A stretch of 64,000 bases of DNA from Candidatus Falkowbacteria bacterium (GTDB taxonomy: Bacteria; Patescibacteriota; Patescibacteriia; CAIXNZ01): positions 23,866 to 87,865 of the forward strand of contig JAFGMD010000012.1 in NCBI GenBank assembly GCA_016927685.1, given 5' to 3'. Every line of letters starts with the position of its first letter. The stretch's first letter is position 1. Under the pieces are notes generated by a model, which saw only the letters and a program-made list of their open reading frames with translations, did no database searches and was not told the DNA's origin. Shown here piece after piece: positions 1 to 8,954 of this stretch. The translations under genes were made by a program, and so were the position numbers.

Positions 1-1219
1 TTTTCTCATCCCAATCAGCATGTCTTTCTTTTGTTTCATTGGCTACTTTAATCATAGCCGCATCGCGCACCTCTTCATAGGTCACTATATTGCCTGTTCT
101 TGAAGAAATAATGCCGCTTTTTAATTCCACAAATTCATAAGGCACGTGAATCATTTCTTTTTTAAAACCCATTAATTCTAAAATTTTAAATATCTGTTCC
201 AAATATTGCGATTGGCGCGTATCAACCAGATAAAGCGATTTATCAACTTTATATTTTTTAAATTTCTTAATAGCCAAAGGAATATCTTTTAAGCCATAAA
301 GCGAGGTACCATCAGCGCGCAATAAAACCAAAACGCCTAATTTATATTTTTCTAAATCAGCAATAATCGCTCCCTCGCTTTCCTTAATAAAATCCAGCTT
401 CATAAGTTCTGGCAGCATTTTTTTGCCATCCTTTTCTTCCACGCTTTCAAAAAAATCAATATTAAATTTAATATCTAATTCATCATAAATTTTATTAAAG
501 GCATCCAGGCTCCATTTTCTGGTTTGTTGCCACAAAAACATTAAATCCTTATCTTTGCCCTCTTCTAATCTTTTTAAAATATCCTGAACCTGAGCTTGCA
601 ATTCTGGATTGCCGTTTAATTCTTCAACTGCACGCACATAAGCTTGCCCTAAAAATTCGCCTTTATCCGGACCAATATCGGTTTCATTAACATAATTCAT
701 CATATACCACAAAACCTTGGCCACATGCGCGCCTATATCACCCAAATAATTGGCGGCAATTACTTTATAGCCGCAAGCGCGATACAAATTCACCAAAGCT
801 GAACCAATCGCAACATTCCTGACATGACCGATATGGAATTCTTTATGCGTGTTGGGCTGGGAATATTCAATCATTACTTTTATGCCTTTGCCATTAGAAT
901 TCACTCCATAATCCCCGCGCTCTTTTTTGATTTGCAAAAAAATCATTTCCGCCACTTTGCTGTAATCAAGCAAAAAGTTCAAATACGGCCCAATGTTTTT
1001 AATATTAATAATCAAATCGCTGGGCTTAATTTCTTTGGCCAAATCTTCAGCAATTTTTTCTGGCGCTTTTTTCAATTCTTTGGATAAAACAAAACAAGGC
1101 AAAGATAAATCGCCCATTTCTGCTTCTGGTGGCTCGCGTAAATCTTCGGCATTAATTTTAACGCCATGCTTTTTCAGCAACGCCACTATCTCGTTTTTTA
1201 TTTTAAGGTTGGTATCCAT
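1..1219 (-). CDS. argS: arginyl-tRNA synthetase, N-terminal part (C-terminus lies beyond window start)
   Basis: ATG at 1217-1219 on the minus strand. Translation starts MDTNLKIKNEIVALLKKHGVKINAEDL... and contains the class-I signature PNTHKEFHIGHVRN, typical of ArgRS. The frame stays open to position 1. Plus-strand ORFs 824..1087 and 993..1256 are antisense artefacts. Confidence 0.85.
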   Translation of the reverse strand, partial: MDTNLKIKNEIVALLKKHGVKINAEDLREPPEAEMGDLSLPCFVLSKELKKAPEKIAEDLAKEIKPSDLIINIKNIGPYLNFLLDYSKVAEMIFLQIKKERGDYGVNSNGKGIKVMIEYSQPNTHKEFHIGHVRNVAIGSALVNLYRACGYKVIAANYLGDIGAHVAKVLWYMMNYVNETDIGPDKGEFLGQAYVRAVEELNGNPELQAQVQDILKRLEEGKDKDLMFLWQQTRKWSLDAFNKIYDELDIKFNIDFFESVEEKDGKKMLPELMKLDFIKESEGAIIADLEKYKLGVLVLLRADGTSLYGLKDIPLAIKKFKKYKVDKSLYLVDTRQSQYLEQIFKILELMGFKKEMIHVPYEFVELKSGIISSRTGNIVTYEEVRDAAMIKVANETKERHADWDEK

Positions 1220-1351
1220 TTTTTATATTAGTAATTGGTTGAGAGTTGAAGGTTAGGGGTTTGGATATTGGATATTAGATATTTGTGTTTATTACTAACA
1301 TCCAACATCTCTCAACTTAACTCCTCACACTCAGCCACTAACACCAAACTA

Positions 1352-2557
1352 TTAAACAACTATTACTTCAATAAAGAATCTTTTGCCTTTTTGTATTAAA
1401 TGTTCTCCGGAAGTTAAGTTGTAATTTATATCATTAATTACATTATCATCAATTTTCACACCACCTTGTTCAATCAATCTTTTGGCTTCAGAACGCGAAG
1501 TCACAAAATTAATTTCTACCAAAATATCTAAAATATTTTTATTGCTAACTTTTTTTATGGCAATTTCCTCCGGCTTTTCCTTTTGCGAAAAAACTTTAAT
1601 AAAATTTTCCGCAGCAAATTCCGCTTCTTTTTCGCCGCGATAAATTTTTACTATTTCAACGGCTAGTTTTATTTTGGCATCGCGCGGGTTTGCGCCTGAC
1701 TTCATTTCATTTATCATTTGATCAACCTTACTTATCGGCATGTCGGTGCAGGTCTCAAATCCAACTCCGATCATTTCATCTGTCCATGACATAACTTTAC
1801 CAAACATTTCTTGCCCACCATCAACCAAAGTAATCATATTGCCCTCTGTCTTGCCCATTTTCTTGCCGGTCGGGTCAGTTAAAAGTTTTAAAGTCAAAAC
1901 AAATTTTTCTTTGTTTTTTAATGTTTTCATTAAATCGCGGCCAGCCAACATATTAAATGTTTGATCAGAACCGCCAAGCTCCATATCCACATCCATGGCC
2001 ACGCAATCATAGCCCTGCATGAGAGGATACATAAATTCGCTCAAATAAATTGGCTTGCCTTCTTTTATTCTCTCCTGAAACATATCACGCTCCAAAAGTC
2101 GTTGCACTGTAAACTTTGCAGCAATATTAATCACATCGCTGAATTTAAGTTTTCTGTGCCATCTAGAATTAAACATTATTTTAGCCGCATTTTTACCGGA
2201 AAAATTCAAAATGCCTGAGGCCTGCTTTTTATAACCCTTTAAATTTTTCAAAACTTGCGCTCGTGTTAATTGAGCTCTGGTAGAAAGCTTGCCAGATGGA
2301 TCGCCGACCATACCAGTAAAATCACCGATTAAAAAAATCACTTCATGGCCTAATTTCTGAAACTGCGCCATTTTTCTGAGTTGATTGCCGTGGCCAATAT
2401 GCAAAACTGGTCCTGTCGGATCAAACCCGCAGTATAACCTAATTCTCTTGCCAGTCATTAAAACCTTTTTAAAAGTATCCTTGTCCGGATAAATATTTTC
2501 CACGCCCCGCGTTAAAATTTCATCAATTAATTTCTCGTCGGTTATAACTTTACTCAT
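1352..2557 (-). CDS. tyrS: tyrosyl-tRNA synthetase
   Basis: GFDPTGPVLHIGHGNQL HIGH region, KMGKT (KMSKS-like) motif and a C-terminal S4-like domain (RLIEQGGVKIDDNVI). Confidence 0.92.
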   Translation of the reverse strand: MSKVITDEKLIDEILTRGVENIYPDKDTFKKVLMTGKRIRLYCGFDPTGPVLHIGHGNQLRKMAQFQKLGHEVIFLIGDFTGMVGDPSGKLSTRAQLTRAQVLKNLKGYKKQASGILNFSGKNAAKIMFNSRWHRKLKFSDVINIAAKFTVQRLLERDMFQERIKEGKPIYLSEFMYPLMQGYDCVAMDVDMELGGSDQTFNMLAGRDLMKTLKNKEKFVLTLKLLTDPTGKKMGKTEGNMITLVDGGQEMFGKVMSWTDEMIGVGFETCTDMPISKVDQMINEMKSGANPRDAKIKLAVEIVKIYRGEKEAEFAAENFIKVFSQKEKPEEIAIKKVSNKNILDILVEINFVTSRSEAKRLIEQGGVKIDDNVINDINYNLTSGEHLIQKGKRFFIEVIVV

Positions 2558-2620
2558 AAAATAATGATTATTTTTTATATTCTAAATTTATCATAAATTA
2601 TTAGATTTTTCAATTGCCTT

Positions 2621-2652
2621 AAATAAAAAAGCGACCTAATTACTAGGCCGCT
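2621..2652 (-). terminator. rho-independent terminator downstream of small Cys4 ORF
   Basis: Minus-strand stem AGCGGCC/GGTCGCT (one G-U pair) followed by a T-run (the complement of aaataaaaaa). Confidence 0.6.
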
Positions 2653-2654
2653 TA

Positions 2655-2813
2655 TTAATCCGTTGGAATTACCAATCTCTGATTTTCTTTCAACTTCTTT
2701 TTAGCCCTTTCCTTGCAATCTTTAAGATAAATACAATTAGAACATGGAATTGTAGTTAGAGGACATTTAATTAATGAGCGAAGCAAAACCGGTTCTTTGT
2801 TTTCCTGTTCCAT
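2655..2813 (-). CDS. unannotated small protein, 52 aa, four cysteines (C-x6-C-x2-C-x5-C)
   Basis: Absent from the ORF track (below 60 aa). ATG at 2811-2813 is preceded by AAGGAGGG. Translation MEQENKEPVLLRSLIKCPLTTIPCSNCIYLKDCKERAKKKLKENQRLVIPTD, stop at 2655-2657. It has its own sigma70-like promoter upstream and a terminator downstream. Confidence 0.55.
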   Translation of the reverse strand: MEQENKEPVLLRSLIKCPLTTIPCSNCIYLKDCKERAKKKLKENQRLVIPTD

Positions 2814-2861
2814 TAACCCTCCTTTTCAGATAAATTAGCATATCATTAAAAAAATGGCAAT

Positions 2862-2891
2862 AAAAAAGCGGCCCGACCTCTGTCAGACCGC
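2862..2891 (-). terminator. terminator of hypothetical gene 2892..3527
   Basis: GC stem (gcgg...ccgc) with a T-run on the minus strand immediately after the stop. Confidence 0.5.
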
Positions 2892-3527
2892 TTAGATCAG
2901 CTTGGCGCTTATAGGTATTATTTTTCGGCCTCGAAAATCAAAAATAAAAAGATTGCCTTTGTCAAAAAAAACCAAAACAAATTTCTTTTTATGTTTGACG
3001 CTTAGATTGATAAAGTGGCCGCCTATTTTAAAAACACCCCGCCTTGAGGTTTTTTTTACGGCCATGCCAACCGCCACTTTAAATTTTGTGGCATTCAGGT
3101 CAGCGCAATAAAGCAAGTCTTCCAGTAAAAAAATTTTTTGGTGCTCCTGAAAATTTTTCCCCCAGGAAATAATCAGCTTTTTTATCTGCAAATCAATTCT
3201 AAAAAAATCTTCGCCCCTTTTGCTGCGCTCCGTAATATAATACAGCTTTTTGAAAAATCTAGCGCTGTATTCATATATAATACGCTCATGCTCATGTTTG
3301 ATTTGCGGATTTAAACGCAAAAAATATCTAATTTTTAAAAGAACCATATTATGTTTGGGCATTTTGCGTGTGGTAAAAAGCTCTTCCAAAATCAAATTAA
3401 TAGCGCTTAGACCAATGTTAGGAATCCCCATAAAATACTCAATATTCCTTTCATAAAAATTTTCTAATCTCACTAAACGATTTCGCGCAGTTCCCCTAAA
3501 AAGACCCCTGCCAATTCCTCTTTTCAT
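2892..3527 (-). CDS. hypothetical protein (211 aa, basic)
   Basis: ORF with an upstream GGGAGG-like SD (minus strand, complement of ccctcc at ~3530). No recognisable motif. Confidence 0.5.
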   Translation of the reverse strand: MKRGIGRGLFRGTARNRLVRLENFYERNIEYFMGIPNIGLSAINLILEELFTTRKMPKHNMVLLKIRYFLRLNPQIKHEHERIIYEYSARFFKKLYYITERSKRGEDFFRIDLQIKKLIISWGKNFQEHQKIFLLEDLLYCADLNATKFKVAVGMAVKKTSRRGVFKIGGHFINLSVKHKKKFVLVFFDKGNLFIFDFRGRKIIPISAKLI

Positions 3528-3606
3528 TTTTCCCTCCTTTTTATTATCTCACCTTATCACAAAATTATTTTTTGTCAATCAGCTCTTACTAAGCTTCGGC
3601 TGGTAA

Positions 3607-3636
3607 ATAAAAAAGCGGCTTGTCGCCGCTTTTTTA
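3607..3636. terminator. bidirectional terminator (A-run, GCGGC ttgtc GCCGC, T-run)
   Basis: Perfect 6-bp GC stem flanked by aaaaaa and tttttt. Lies just downstream of the valS stop. Confidence 0.75.
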
Positions 3637-3639
3637 AGT

Positions 3640-6345
3640 TTATTTCAAACTCTTTAATTGCTCTTCCAGCTTTTCCATTTTCTCTTTCTGTTCTTTTAAT
3701 TTAAATTCCTCTTTTTCCACCACTTCTTTAGGCGCTTTTTCTACAAAATCTTTATTTTTCAATTTTTGTTCTAATGACTTTATAAAACCAGAAACACTTT
3801 TTATTTCAGAATTAATTCTTTCTTTTTCTTTTTTAATATCAACTAAACCTTCTAAGTGCAAACAAATTTCTCCCACACCTTCCAGAACATGTGAAACAGA
3901 ATTTTTAGGTTTGGATTTTTCAATTTCCAATTTATCCAATCGCGCTAAAAATATTATTACCTCTTTAACTTCCTCAAATCTTATTTTATCTAAATTTTTT
4001 CCAATTATAGATACTGAGACCTTTTTAGCGGGGTCCACTTTAAAGTCAGCGCGCAAATTTCTGATGGTCATCATAATCTCTTCAAATTTCCAAAATGGAT
4101 ATAAAATTTCTTTTTCAATTTTTTCTTTTTGTTCAGATTCTTTGCTTATTGGCCAGGATTGAACCATTAATAGATCTTTACAGCCAAAATTTGCCCAAAT
4201 TTCTTCAGTCACAAAAGGAATAAACGGATGCCACAAGATTAAAAGTTTGCCTAATATGTAAAGTAAAATATTTTCAGTATTTTCTACCAATTTGCTATTT
4301 GCCCTTTGCAATTTGCTAATCTCCAAATACCAATCAGCCAAATCAGACCAGGTAAAATTACGCAAAGCATCAGAAGCGCCAGAAAAATTAAAATTTTCTA
4401 AATCTAAAGTGATTTCTGCAGTAACTTGTTCCAGTCGAGCCAAAATCCACTCGTCAGCTAAAGTTTTTGGTCCTGGCTTTTCCTCAACTAATTTTATTTC
4501 TGAAACCGAACTTAAAATGTAGCGCGAGATATTCCAAAGTTTGTTAACAAAATTTCTAGCGCCTTCAACCTTTTCATCATATAATCTCATATCCATGCCT
4601 GCAGCCGTGCCCGAAATCATGGCTACGCGTAAAGCATCAGTGCCAAATTTTTCAATCAAATCAAGCGGATCAACAACATTGCCTAGTGACTTAGACATCT
4701 TTCTACCCTTTTCATCGCGAACTAAACCATGCAAATAAACTGTTTTAAAAGGAATGTCGCCAAGTATAAAAGTCGTTTGAATAATCATTCTGGCTATCCA
4801 GAAAAATAAAATGTCATAACCTGTTTCCATGACTGAAGTCGGATGAAATTGCATATCAGGTGAATTTTTCAGCCACTCCTCCCAAGTTTTATATTTTTTA
4901 TAATTTTTATCCAGCAAGGTTGAAAAGGTCCAAAGTCCAGAAGAAAACCAAGTATCTAATGTATCACCATCTTGAACCCAATCGCCTTTTGGCGCTTCTA
5001 GACCAACAAAAATTTCCTCATTTTTTTTACCTTTATCTTTATACCAAACAGGAATCGGATGCCCAAACCAAATCTGGCGCGAAATGCACCAATCGCGTAA
5101 ATTTTCCAGCCATTGATAATAAGTTTTTTCAAAACGCTCGGGAATGATTTTAATATCGCGCTCTTTTACTACTTGCAACGCAACTTCGCGAATTGTTTTA
5201 TTTTGAAAATATTTATTGCCAGCCAAAGTAACTTTTTTATTAACGCGCACAAACCATTGCAACGAGGGCAATGGTTCAATGGCCGAATCGCAACGGTAAC
5301 AAATGCTTAAATTCTGTTTTGTGTCTTCAATTTTTTCCATTAAGCCTTCTTTTTCCAACCACTTAACAAATTTATCTCTGGCTTCTTCAACCGTTAAGTC
5401 CTGATAATTTTTACCAGCTTCTTTGGTCATTTTGCCGTCCTCACCGATAACTTTAATTAATGGCAAATTATTTTTCTGGGCAATTTCATAATCAATAATA
5501 GAATGAGCTGGCGTCACGCCCAAAGCGCCTGTACCAAAATTCGGATCAACTGAATCTTCAGTGACGATTTTAATCTCTTGTTTGCCATGTCCCAAATCCA
5601 CAGTATAAGTTTTGCCAATATACTTTTTATATCTCTTGTCTTTAGGATTAACTGCCACAGCAGTGTCGCCTAATTTTGTTTCTGGTCGAGTTGTGGCAAT
5701 GGCAAAAGGAAAATCTTTTGAGTATTTAAAAGTATAGAGCTTGGCATTCACTTCTTTATATTCAACCTCATCGTCAGACAAAGTGGAATTACAACGTGGA
5801 CACCAGTTAACAATCCTATAATCTCGCTCAATTAGGCCTGCGTCATACATTTTAATAAAAGTGTATTTCACCACCTGCGTCAAGCCTTCATCAAGAGTAT
5901 ACCTTTCACGCGACCAATCACAGGATGAACCCATTTTGCGGACTTGCTGATTAATTGTTTTTTTTGATTCTTCGGCAAACTCTCTCACTTTTTGTAAAAA
6001 TTTTTCTTTGCCTAAATCATGGCGCGTCTTTTTCTCTTCTTTATAAAGGATGCTTTCAACTTTAGTTTGTGTAGCAATAGCCGCATGATCAGTGCCGGGT
6101 AACCACAAGGTTTTTTTACCCAATAAACGATTAAAGCGCACCATTAAATCCTGATAAGCCAACATGGTAGCATGACCTGTATGCAAAGTACCGGTGCGGT
6201 TTGGTGGTGGCATGGAAATGGAAAAATAATCACCATTTTTGGGCAATTTTAAGTTATCAGGGTTAAAATAACCCGACTCTTCCCACTTATGGTAAATTTT
6301 ATCTTCCACATCTTTAGGATTGTACGCTTTGGGAATTTCTTTCAT
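3640..6345 (-). CDS. valS: valyl-tRNA synthetase
   Basis: PPPNRTGTLHTGHA HIGH region, KMSKSLGNVVDP motif, C-terminal coiled coil, 901 aa. Confidence 0.93.
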   Translation of the reverse strand: MKEIPKAYNPKDVEDKIYHKWEESGYFNPDNLKLPKNGDYFSISMPPPNRTGTLHTGHATMLAYQDLMVRFNRLLGKKTLWLPGTDHAAIATQTKVESILYKEEKKTRHDLGKEKFLQKVREFAEESKKTINQQVRKMGSSCDWSRERYTLDEGLTQVVKYTFIKMYDAGLIERDYRIVNWCPRCNSTLSDDEVEYKEVNAKLYTFKYSKDFPFAIATTRPETKLGDTAVAVNPKDKRYKKYIGKTYTVDLGHGKQEIKIVTEDSVDPNFGTGALGVTPAHSIIDYEIAQKNNLPLIKVIGEDGKMTKEAGKNYQDLTVEEARDKFVKWLEKEGLMEKIEDTKQNLSICYRCDSAIEPLPSLQWFVRVNKKVTLAGNKYFQNKTIREVALQVVKERDIKIIPERFEKTYYQWLENLRDWCISRQIWFGHPIPVWYKDKGKKNEEIFVGLEAPKGDWVQDGDTLDTWFSSGLWTFSTLLDKNYKKYKTWEEWLKNSPDMQFHPTSVMETGYDILFFWIARMIIQTTFILGDIPFKTVYLHGLVRDEKGRKMSKSLGNVVDPLDLIEKFGTDALRVAMISGTAAGMDMRLYDEKVEGARNFVNKLWNISRYILSSVSEIKLVEEKPGPKTLADEWILARLEQVTAEITLDLENFNFSGASDALRNFTWSDLADWYLEISKLQRANSKLVENTENILLYILGKLLILWHPFIPFVTEEIWANFGCKDLLMVQSWPISKESEQKEKIEKEILYPFWKFEEIMMTIRNLRADFKVDPAKKVSVSIIGKNLDKIRFEEVKEVIIFLARLDKLEIEKSKPKNSVSHVLEGVGEICLHLEGLVDIKKEKERINSEIKSVSGFIKSLEQKLKNKDFVEKAPKEVVEKEEFKLKEQKEKMEKLEEQLKSLK

Positions 6346-6503
6346 CTAATTATAGGATTTATAGGAGCTATATGAGCTATAGGATGAACAGGAACTATAG
6401 GTTGAAAGAAAAACATCTCTGCCTATAGACTTTTAGCTCTTCTTATCCTTTAGCTCTTTTAGCTCTTATTTATTTAAAGTTATATAAAAATTTTACCAAA
6501 ATT

Positions 6504-6538
6504 AGCGGTTCTTGACAAGAATAACAATATAAGGTAAA
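6504..6538 (+). promoter_or_regulatory. sigma70-like promoter copy 1 (TTGACA-N17-TAAAAT)
   Basis: ttgacaagaataacaatataaggTAAAAT. Shares the 12-mer ttgacaagaata with copy 2. Confidence 0.5.
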
Positions 6539-6556
6539 AATATATTTCCTGCCTGT

Positions 6557-6586
6557 TGACAAGAATATGTTATAAAGATATACTTA
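6557..6586 (+). promoter_or_regulatory. sigma70-like promoter copy 2 (TTGACA-N17-TATACT)
   Basis: ttgacaagaatatgttataaagaTATACT, about 55 nt upstream of the 6644 start. Confidence 0.55.
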
Positions 6587-6643
6587 AATATTCTGACAAA
6601 AAACAATTTAGGATTTAGAATTTAGTATTTAGAATTTATTATC

Positions 6644-7777
6644 ATGGGGCTGACGCAAAATCAACAAATTTTTGAATTACTGAAAAAGAGTTCTCGGACT
6701 CTAATTTTGTTTCGCAAAAATTTTTCGGGCGACGCAGTATCATCTGCCTTAGCTTTATTTTTAATTTTAAAAAAAATGAATAAAAAGGCCGATATTATCT
6801 GCGAAAATTTCAATATTCCTCAAAGCTATGCATTTTTGCCTTATATTAAGGAAGTTAAATCAAATTTAGGTGGCTTAAAAAAGTTCATAATCAATCTGAA
6901 CTTAAGCGATACTAAACTTAAAGATTTTTCTTATGATATAAGGGGTAATAATTTGAATATCTATCTTACTCCAGAAGGCGGCTCTTTGGCTGAAAAGAAT
7001 ATCAGCTTCAAGTCAGGTAATTTCAAATATGATTTAATAATCACCTTAGACACCGATGATTTGGAATCTTTGGGTGAACTTTATGAAAAAAATACAGAAT
7101 TTTTCTTTAATACTCCGATGATAAATATTGACAGTAATCCGGAAAATGAACAGTATGGACAAATCAACTTGGTAGAATTGACCAAAACCTCAACTGCAGA
7201 AATTATTTTTAATTTAATAGAAGGATATGACATTAATTTAATGGATCAGGAAATTGCTACTTGTCTTTTGACTGGCATGATTTCCAAGACAAAAAGTTTC
7301 AGAACCCACAATATAACGCCGAGAACGCTTAATATTGCTAGTCAACTAATTTTAAATGGAGCGGAGCGCGATTTAATTATTCAAAATCTTTATCGCACCA
7401 AATCAATAAATACTTTAAAGCTCTGGGGCAAAGTTTTGACCAGATTAAAACTCGACCCACAATATAAAATCGCCTGGTCATATTTACAACAAAAAGATTT
7501 TTTGGAATTAAATGTCCAGAATCCTAATTTAAGCGAAGTCATAGAAGAACTTATCACTTCAGCGCCGGAAGCAGAAATTATTGTTTTATTTTACGAGAAT
7601 AAACACAACAGTATTTCCGGCGTTATATATACATCTAAAAATTACGACTCACTTTATCTGATAAAAAATTATGAACCATTTGGCAGTAAAACCCTGGCAG
7701 AATTTGAAGTTAATAAATCAGAACTGGTTGAAGCGCTCAGAGAAGTCATTGAAAATATAAAAAATAGTATTAAATAA
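6644..7777 (+). CDS. DHH-family phosphoesterase homolog (NrnA-like), catalytic motifs apparently degenerate
   Basis: N-terminal FSGDAVSSALAL resembles DHH motif I. No DHH tripeptide or GGGH (DHHA1) motif is visible. Confidence 0.55.
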   Translation: MGLTQNQQIFELLKKSSRTLILFRKNFSGDAVSSALALFLILKKMNKKADIICENFNIPQSYAFLPYIKEVKSNLGGLKKFIINLNLSDTKLKDFSYDIRGNNLNIYLTPEGGSLAEKNISFKSGNFKYDLIITLDTDDLESLGELYEKNTEFFFNTPMINIDSNPENEQYGQINLVELTKTSTAEIIFNLIEGYDINLMDQEIATCLLTGMISKTKSFRTHNITPRTLNIASQLILNGAERDLIIQNLYRTKSINTLKLWGKVLTRLKLDPQYKIAWSYLQQKDFLELNVQNPNLSEVIEELITSAPEAEIIVLFYENKHNSISGVIYTSKNYDSLYLIKNYEPFGSKTLAEFEVNKSELVEALREVIENIKNSIK

Positions 7778-7821
7778 AAATCACCTCGGCTTCAGTCGGG
7801 TGATTTTTTATTATTCAAATT

Positions 7822-8487
7822 TTATTTTTTTGATGCAAAGATATAATCCTGTATATCTTGCTTGGTCATTGAATCTTTATCATTTATATTTAATAAATCT
7901 TTAGCTCTGGGAAATTCAAAGTTAATTCCTTTCCCCTTTTTTGATTCATTAGCAATCATGGCTTTTACTTCCCCTGCTTTTTTATCAAAGAAAAAATCAA
8001 CAATCACGCCTTCCATTTGCAGATTACCAGCTCCGCCCGTTCTATCTTCTTGATAGGCTGGCAATTTCGCTCGTTGTTCATCATGTATCTGAAAATCAAC
8101 AATATCGCCCGGCTCATATAATTTGCCATTTTTCTTATCCCAATAAAAAGATAAATTTTCCGGATATATTACCCATGGCTCTTCACCTTGTAACCTAACA
8201 ATTGGCCCTGTAAATTTGCCTTTTTCAGATTCTGTTTTAATAACAATGATTTCTCCGTCAGCGCTTGCCCATTCTACCTTGCCCTTAACCATTCCAGCGC
8301 TTGTTTTTTCATCGCCTGGAAATAAATATTCAATCGTATCGCCTCTTTTAATATTTTCTCTTTTAGAAAGCATCTGCTCAAAATATTTACCTAAGCGCTC
8401 CAAAGCATCACCTTTTGTGTCCATTTCAGTTTCTCGTTTAGATTCAGGTGCTTTTTCTGTGCCTAATTTTAATTTTGGTTCTGGCAT
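7822..8487 (-). CDS. hypothetical protein (221 aa, acidic/lysine-rich)
   Basis: ORF only. Confidence 0.45.
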   Translation of the reverse strand: MPEPKLKLGTEKAPESKRETEMDTKGDALERLGKYFEQMLSKRENIKRGDTIEYLFPGDEKTSAGMVKGKVEWASADGEIIVIKTESEKGKFTGPIVRLQGEEPWVIYPENLSFYWDKKNGKLYEPGDIVDFQIHDEQRAKLPAYQEDRTGGAGNLQMEGVIVDFFFDKKAGEVKAMIANESKKGKGINFEFPRAKDLLNINDKDSMTKQDIQDYIFASKK

Positions 8488-8619
8488 AAATGCAAAATTT
8501 TAAAAAATTATACTTTAATTTTAGCAAATTTAAGCAAAAAAGTCAAGATTATTAAGAAACGTCACTCTTGAAAAAAAATTCATTTTAATGTAATATTTAT
8601 ATTAATTATGATAAGACCA

Positions 8620-8695
8620 GGGCGTGTAGCTCAGTCGGTTAGAGCGCTACCCTTATAAGGTAGATGTCGATGGTTCGAGTCCATCCACGCCCACC
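8620..8695 (+). tRNA. tRNA-Ile with anticodon UAU (TAT)
   Basis: Acceptor stem gggcgtg/cacgccc. Anticodon stem ctacc/ggtag with loop cTTATAa. T-arm gatggTTCGAGTccatc. No encoded CCA. Confidence 0.8.
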
Positions 8696-8778
8696 TACGC
8701 TCGTCGTAGCCTTGGCAAAGGCGAGCAAATTTAAAATATGATTTTGGCGAGCTTCGGTGGGCTTAGGCCCACATTCAA

Positions 8779-8806
8779 TTGAATATTCCCAGAATTCTGA
8801 TAAAAT
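8779..8806 (+). promoter_or_regulatory. promoter for tRNA-Val (TTGAAT-N16-TAAAAT)
   Basis: Predicted TSS about 3 nt upstream of the mature tRNA 5' end. Confidence 0.45.
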
Positions 8807-8816
8807 ATTTTTGCTA

Positions 8817-8892
8817 GGGCAATTAGCTCAGCTGGTTAGAGCGCATCGTTGACGTCGATGAGGTCAGTGGTTCGATCCCACTATTGCCCACC
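8817..8892 (+). tRNA. tRNA-Val (GAC)
   Basis: Acceptor stem gggcaat/attgccc. Anticodon stem catcg/cgatg with loop ttGACgt. T-arm cagtggTTCGATCccact. No encoded CCA. Confidence 0.88.
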
Positions 8893-8893
8893 C

Positions 8894-8948
8894 TAAACAG
8901 AGGTTCGCTTGCCCGCCAAAGCGCAGCGACGGCGGGACTCCTCTGTTG
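8894..8948 (+). ncRNA. GC-rich two-tier stem-loop trailing tRNA-Val (processing or stability element?)
   Basis: Outer stem acagagg/cctctgt, inner stem cccgcc/ggcggg, 13-nt loop. Noticeably GC-richer than its surroundings by eye. Confidence 0.35.
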
Positions 8949-8954
8949 CCCACA

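Noticed and set aside
824-1256. Plus-strand ORFs 824..1087 and 993..1256.
   Set aside because: Antisense to the argS coding frame, which carries the HIGH motif.
6346-6440. Possible T-box leaders upstream of valS, tyrS, ileS and trpS.
   Set aside because: No T-box consensus (AATTAGGGTGGNACCGCG) or specifier/antiterminator architecture is visible. The leaders are short or repeat-filled.
8789-8798. cagaattctg palindrome (EcoRI site) between the tRNAs.
   Set aside because: Short and isolated. It lies inside the tRNA-Val promoter spacer and is probably coincidental.
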